Below are positions 60,561 to 64,000 of a stretch of 64,000 nucleotides of DNA, piece after piece (position 1 is the stretch's first letter; the number at the start of each line of letters is the position of its first letter). Position numbers and translations under genes: made by a program. The DNA comes from Hydrolagus colliei. Its lineage: Eukaryota. The notes beneath the pieces were generated by a model. The model was given only the letters and a program-made list of their open reading frames with translations, made no database searches and was not told where the DNA came from. Where the stretch lies: assembly GCA_035084275.1 (NCBI GenBank), contig CM068747.1, forward strand, positions 26,660,001-26,724,000, written 5' to 3'.

Positions 60561-61474
60561 AACAAAATGAGAAAAGCTTAACAATAAAATCACCAAGATA
60601 ATGAAATTTCCCATTCACATCAGGTGAAGAGTGCTTTACAAATTTGCCTTGTTGTTGTTGATTTATGGACAAATCTTAGGAAACCTGCCCAAAGTACTTT
60701 GGCTTAGACCAACGCAGGTTAAATTGATCTAGTAATCATTCTTGTGGTTTCCCTCAACCTTAAAGCCCACACTTGTAAACCACATCTTTCTATTTTATTC
60801 CATCAAATTCCTTCGAATTCAGTCTTGGTTCCTCAAACTCTTGGCTCAGCAAAACATGCATCCTGTGTGGTTTCAGCAGACTGTACACATTATAAATAAA
60901 TTTACCATTTTTGGTTACACTCCCTTTTTTATTTTATGTTTCAAAAGCGATCTGCCTTTTCTCCACAAACTGACAAAACACCTCGAAAATAATTTCTCTT
61001 TCAATCTGCGTTTAGCACTCCTCCCAAAATTTCAAATTTGAGCATAAATATCTTATCCACGGTGGATGTGACCAGAACGCGAACTCCTTCGGAAATCAGC
61101 TCTGAAAATCAGCTGATTTCGGTTTGACCCGATTTGCTTCCAAAGATTCCTTCCCTTCCGGCTCCGTAAAAAAGCATTTCCTGTTAGTTCGGATCCCATG
61201 AAGCTGTTTGTACTGTTTGTGGAGGCTGCCAAAACATGGAAAGGATCGTATCGTTTTGCTATTCAAAGTGAGAATATTTAAGAGGTTTATAACATATGGC
61301 CAGCTTTTAGACTCTGAAGAATTTGCCAGGACAGTCAGGAACTCCAAATAGCAGATGGCTTCATAGACAAGTACTGGACGTGAAGAAAACACATCAAAAA
61401 TGGGATGAGGGGTGTAGGGAAACAGGAACATAAGGAGGTCATTCAGCCTGTTACATCAATTTATCAGATCTTTC

Positions 61475-61610
61475 GCCTACAAAATATACGGTCAATTCAC
61501 TTTACAGTATATTCTGTGAAGCGCTTTCGCATGTGTAGAAGACTGGATAATGTCGCTATATCAAATGCAATGATTATTATTATTATCATTATTATTATTC
61601 TCTTGATATC
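61475..61610 (+). mobile_element. SINE tail
   Basis: cgcctacaaaatatacggtcaattcactttacag...atatcaaatgcaatgattattatt. Confidence 0.75.
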
Positions 61611-62012
61611 ATTATTATTCCGCACCTTTTGTATGTTGTGAATTCATTTATCTTCTCGTCTCTTCCAAGTAAAATGATTGGGTACAGAATGCCCGCTCTT
61701 AAGAAATGGTGTATTGTTTGTGAGTGGTGATGGGGCAGATTTATTTAAACACTAATGGTTTTAAAAAAAAATTTAGCATTCGAATTTGAATTGCTTTTTC
61801 AGGTCATTTCGTGAATTCTTCCCTTGGCTGGCAATTATCGCACACATGTAAGCTCTCTCCAGCCAAACTACGTGATCATGTTTCACCGTAGTCCCTTTCT
61901 TTAAACCTTGTTTCGTTTTTTTTTTTTTAATCGCGCGTTTTGAGACGATCTGTGCGCCATTTCCACAAATCTTTAACAAGTCTCTATTGTTGGATAAAAA
62001 TAAATGATGTGT

Positions 62013-62326
62013 GGAGTCCTGAGACTCAGTGGTTTTAGCACTCGCCTCGCAAGCGAGAGGCCTGGGTTCAATTCCAGGCAGGTCAGGGCGAAATTTTGGG
62101 CAAGATTCCTTACTCCACATGCCTATTAATAATCCCTCAAATTTTTTTTCTAAATTGGTCATTTCAATCCATGACGTGGGACACGCCTGTGCGCGATTGG
62201 CTGCCACGTTTCGTTCATGAATATAGACAATTAACTGTATAATATATTCTGTGAAGCGCTTTGAGACGTCTGGAAGATGTGAAAAGAGCTACATCAAATG
62301 CAAGGATTATTATTATTACTATTATT
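62013..62326 (+). mobile_element. tRNA-derived SINE, full length
   Basis: Head keeps anticodon stem ctcgc/gcgag and T arm cctgg-gttcaattc-cagg; core and tail follow. Confidence 0.88.
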
Positions 62327-62555
62327 GCTTCCCATACACACATGCGTACACTCATATGCTTGCACTGGAAATGCAATGCAATTTGAGAGCTCAAGGTTTG
62401 TTCTGAGCTCCACTTCTCCCGTTGAGGAAATCTGTAGAATCAGGCGAGGCAGCAAAAACACTGTTCAGATATTTTCAGAGAAATTATAATTCATTTTAGT
62501 TTTTATGCTGAATTCCCAACTGAATTCTTCAAAATCTTCTGTGTCCCGTCAACAG

Positions 62556-62708
62556 ATAAACCCATCCAGTACGCTCACAGCACATTTGAAAACGGTGTTG
62601 CAAAGTTATCCATACAAGATGCGCTGCCAGAAGATGATGGCGTTTATACCTGTGTCGCAGAGCACAGCTCGGGAAGGGTTTCCTGCAGTGCTAAGGTGTC
62701 CGTGCAAG
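62556..62708 (+). CDS. MYLK: MYLK coding exon 10 (human exon 13 equivalent), end of Ig4
   Basis: cgtcaacag|(D)KPIQYAHSTFENGVAKLSIQDALPEDDGVYTCVAEHSSGRVSCSAKVSVQ g|gtaagg; 153 nt (human GQPIQYARSTCEAGVAELHIQDALPEDHGTYTC). Not in the ORF track. Confidence 0.95.
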
Positions 62709-63611
62709 GTAAGGCCACCATTCGTGCTTTATTTGCTAAATCAAGTGGACAAAAAGATAAGCCAGTGGAACTGCCACATGTGAGCATCACTTATTGATAA
62801 TCCCTCAGTGAATTATGTCAGTGTGTTGTAGCCCCACTGCCTTGCCCGGCCAGCTGTCCATTAATTTATTACAGCCTTTTCCTCTTGTTCTTCCCTGTTT
62901 AGACACTAATCTAAACCTATAAATATGTTCCAAAGCCTCTGCACAACATTCATAGTCCATACGGATTTAGATTGCTCCCAGCCTTACCGAGAGCCATATT
63001 TAGAATTGTTTGTATGCTTCAAAACTCAAACAGAGCCGTTAACCTACGTATACCTAGATCAAACGTTCACAAACATGATTGAGCCCGAGGCCGTTAAACT
63101 TTTAATAGCTGGGACGAGGAGAGAAGCCACCTTGTTTATCATTCTGAATCCTTCTTTTCAAGCTTATTTATAGCTTGTGAGTTGCTGGCAGCCAAACTCC
63201 ACTGCAACAGAGTAGTTTTTGAGAATGCCAACACTTTCCCACAGTGCTCCCAGCTTTTCCTTTTAAGTATCTATCCCATGTGTCCAGCAACTCTTTCATC
63301 TCTCCTCATGTATCCTTCCCATAATTCACAGGCTCTTACAAACCACTTGTATTCCATGTCCTAATGTACAAACTATCATATTTGACACTTATTTGGTCCA
63401 TTTGTTGAGTTGTCCTGTTTGTTGAATCCCTGTTGCAAAATGTGAGTTGTGTATTTTTTTTAAAAAAAATCACTTATTGTACATTTGACAATTTTTGCTC
63501 AATATAATATATATATATTCTCATGGTGAAATGTTCTGGCATCACAATTGATTTCATTTTTACCAAATTTGCAAGAAATAAAAAGCGCGTTTTGCCTAAA
63601 ATGCAGAAATC

Positions 63612-64000
63612 ACAAACAACAACAACAGATTACATTTATAGAGCGCCTTTCACGTCAGGAGGACGTCCCAAGGCGCTGCACAGGAGGCGTGTGACCCGAG
63701 CTGGGAGGGGAATGTTTGGGAAGGGGTGAAACACGAAGGGGAGGTAAAAGAGTTCGGGTTGGAACAGAAGGCGCGATCGAAGAGGAAAGTCTTCAAACCG
63801 GCCTTGAAAGAGGAAAGGGAAGAGACGAAATGGAGGGATTGAGGGATGGCATTCCAAAGGGTGGGAGCGGAGACACTGAAGGCCCGGCCTCCGATGGTGG
63901 GGCGGTTCGGGCGGGGGGCTTGGAGCAGGCCAAGTCCTGTTGAACGGAGGGTCCGGGTGGGCGTGTAGGGGGAGAGTAGATCGGTTAGATAGGGCGGGGC
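63612..64000 (-). mobile_element. L2 3' fragment running off the window
   Basis: (aac)n tail and tagagcgcctttcacgtcaggaggacgtcccaaggcgctg. Body closely matches the L2 at 25490-25780. Confidence 0.9.

Noticed and set aside
1-64000. Prokaryotic or viral system, second host gene, or intact transposase
   Set aside because: All convincing coding signal is explained by MYLK exons and decayed L2, CR1 and Penelope ORFs. No DDE transposase, integrase or operon-like structure was seen.

Overview
This is vertebrate genomic DNA, most likely from a cartilaginous fish (shark, ray or chimaera; inferred from the repeat content, not proven). It holds the 5' part of the long-isoform smooth-muscle/non-muscle myosin light chain kinase gene MYLK on the + strand. 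Ten coding exons chain in frame with GT-AG sites: 19499-19663, 43406-43613, 46549-46597, 47566-47728, 48377-48542, 51956-51977, 52115-52947, 54871-55074, 56192-56332 and 62556-62708. They total 2104 nt and encode Ig domains 1-4 and the Ig2-Ig3 linker. The kinase domain lies beyond the window. Two candidate non-coding 5' UTR exons lie upstream. The introns are packed with mobile DNA: a tRNA-headed SINE with an L2-type tail (about 15 long copies plus many fragments), L2 LINEs, CR1 LINEs (one with an ORF1 esterase end and a near-complete ORF2), a Penelope-like GIY-YIG fragment and Tigger-like MITEs. Most ORFs in the supplied track are TE remnants, antisense shadows or microsatellite artefacts. 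I found no clearly new biological system. The best leads are a 12-aa tandem repeat expansion and a conserved short motif in the MYLK linker, loss of both known Src-site tyrosines in the cassette exon, and an unexplained 33-bp inverted repeat. Also notable are reciprocal CR1/L2 nesting with a restorable L2 RT frame, and long inverted CR1 copies bracketing exons. Human MYLK residues, exon numbers and exon sizes are recalled from memory and need checking by alignment. TE boundaries are by eye (about +/-10 nt).
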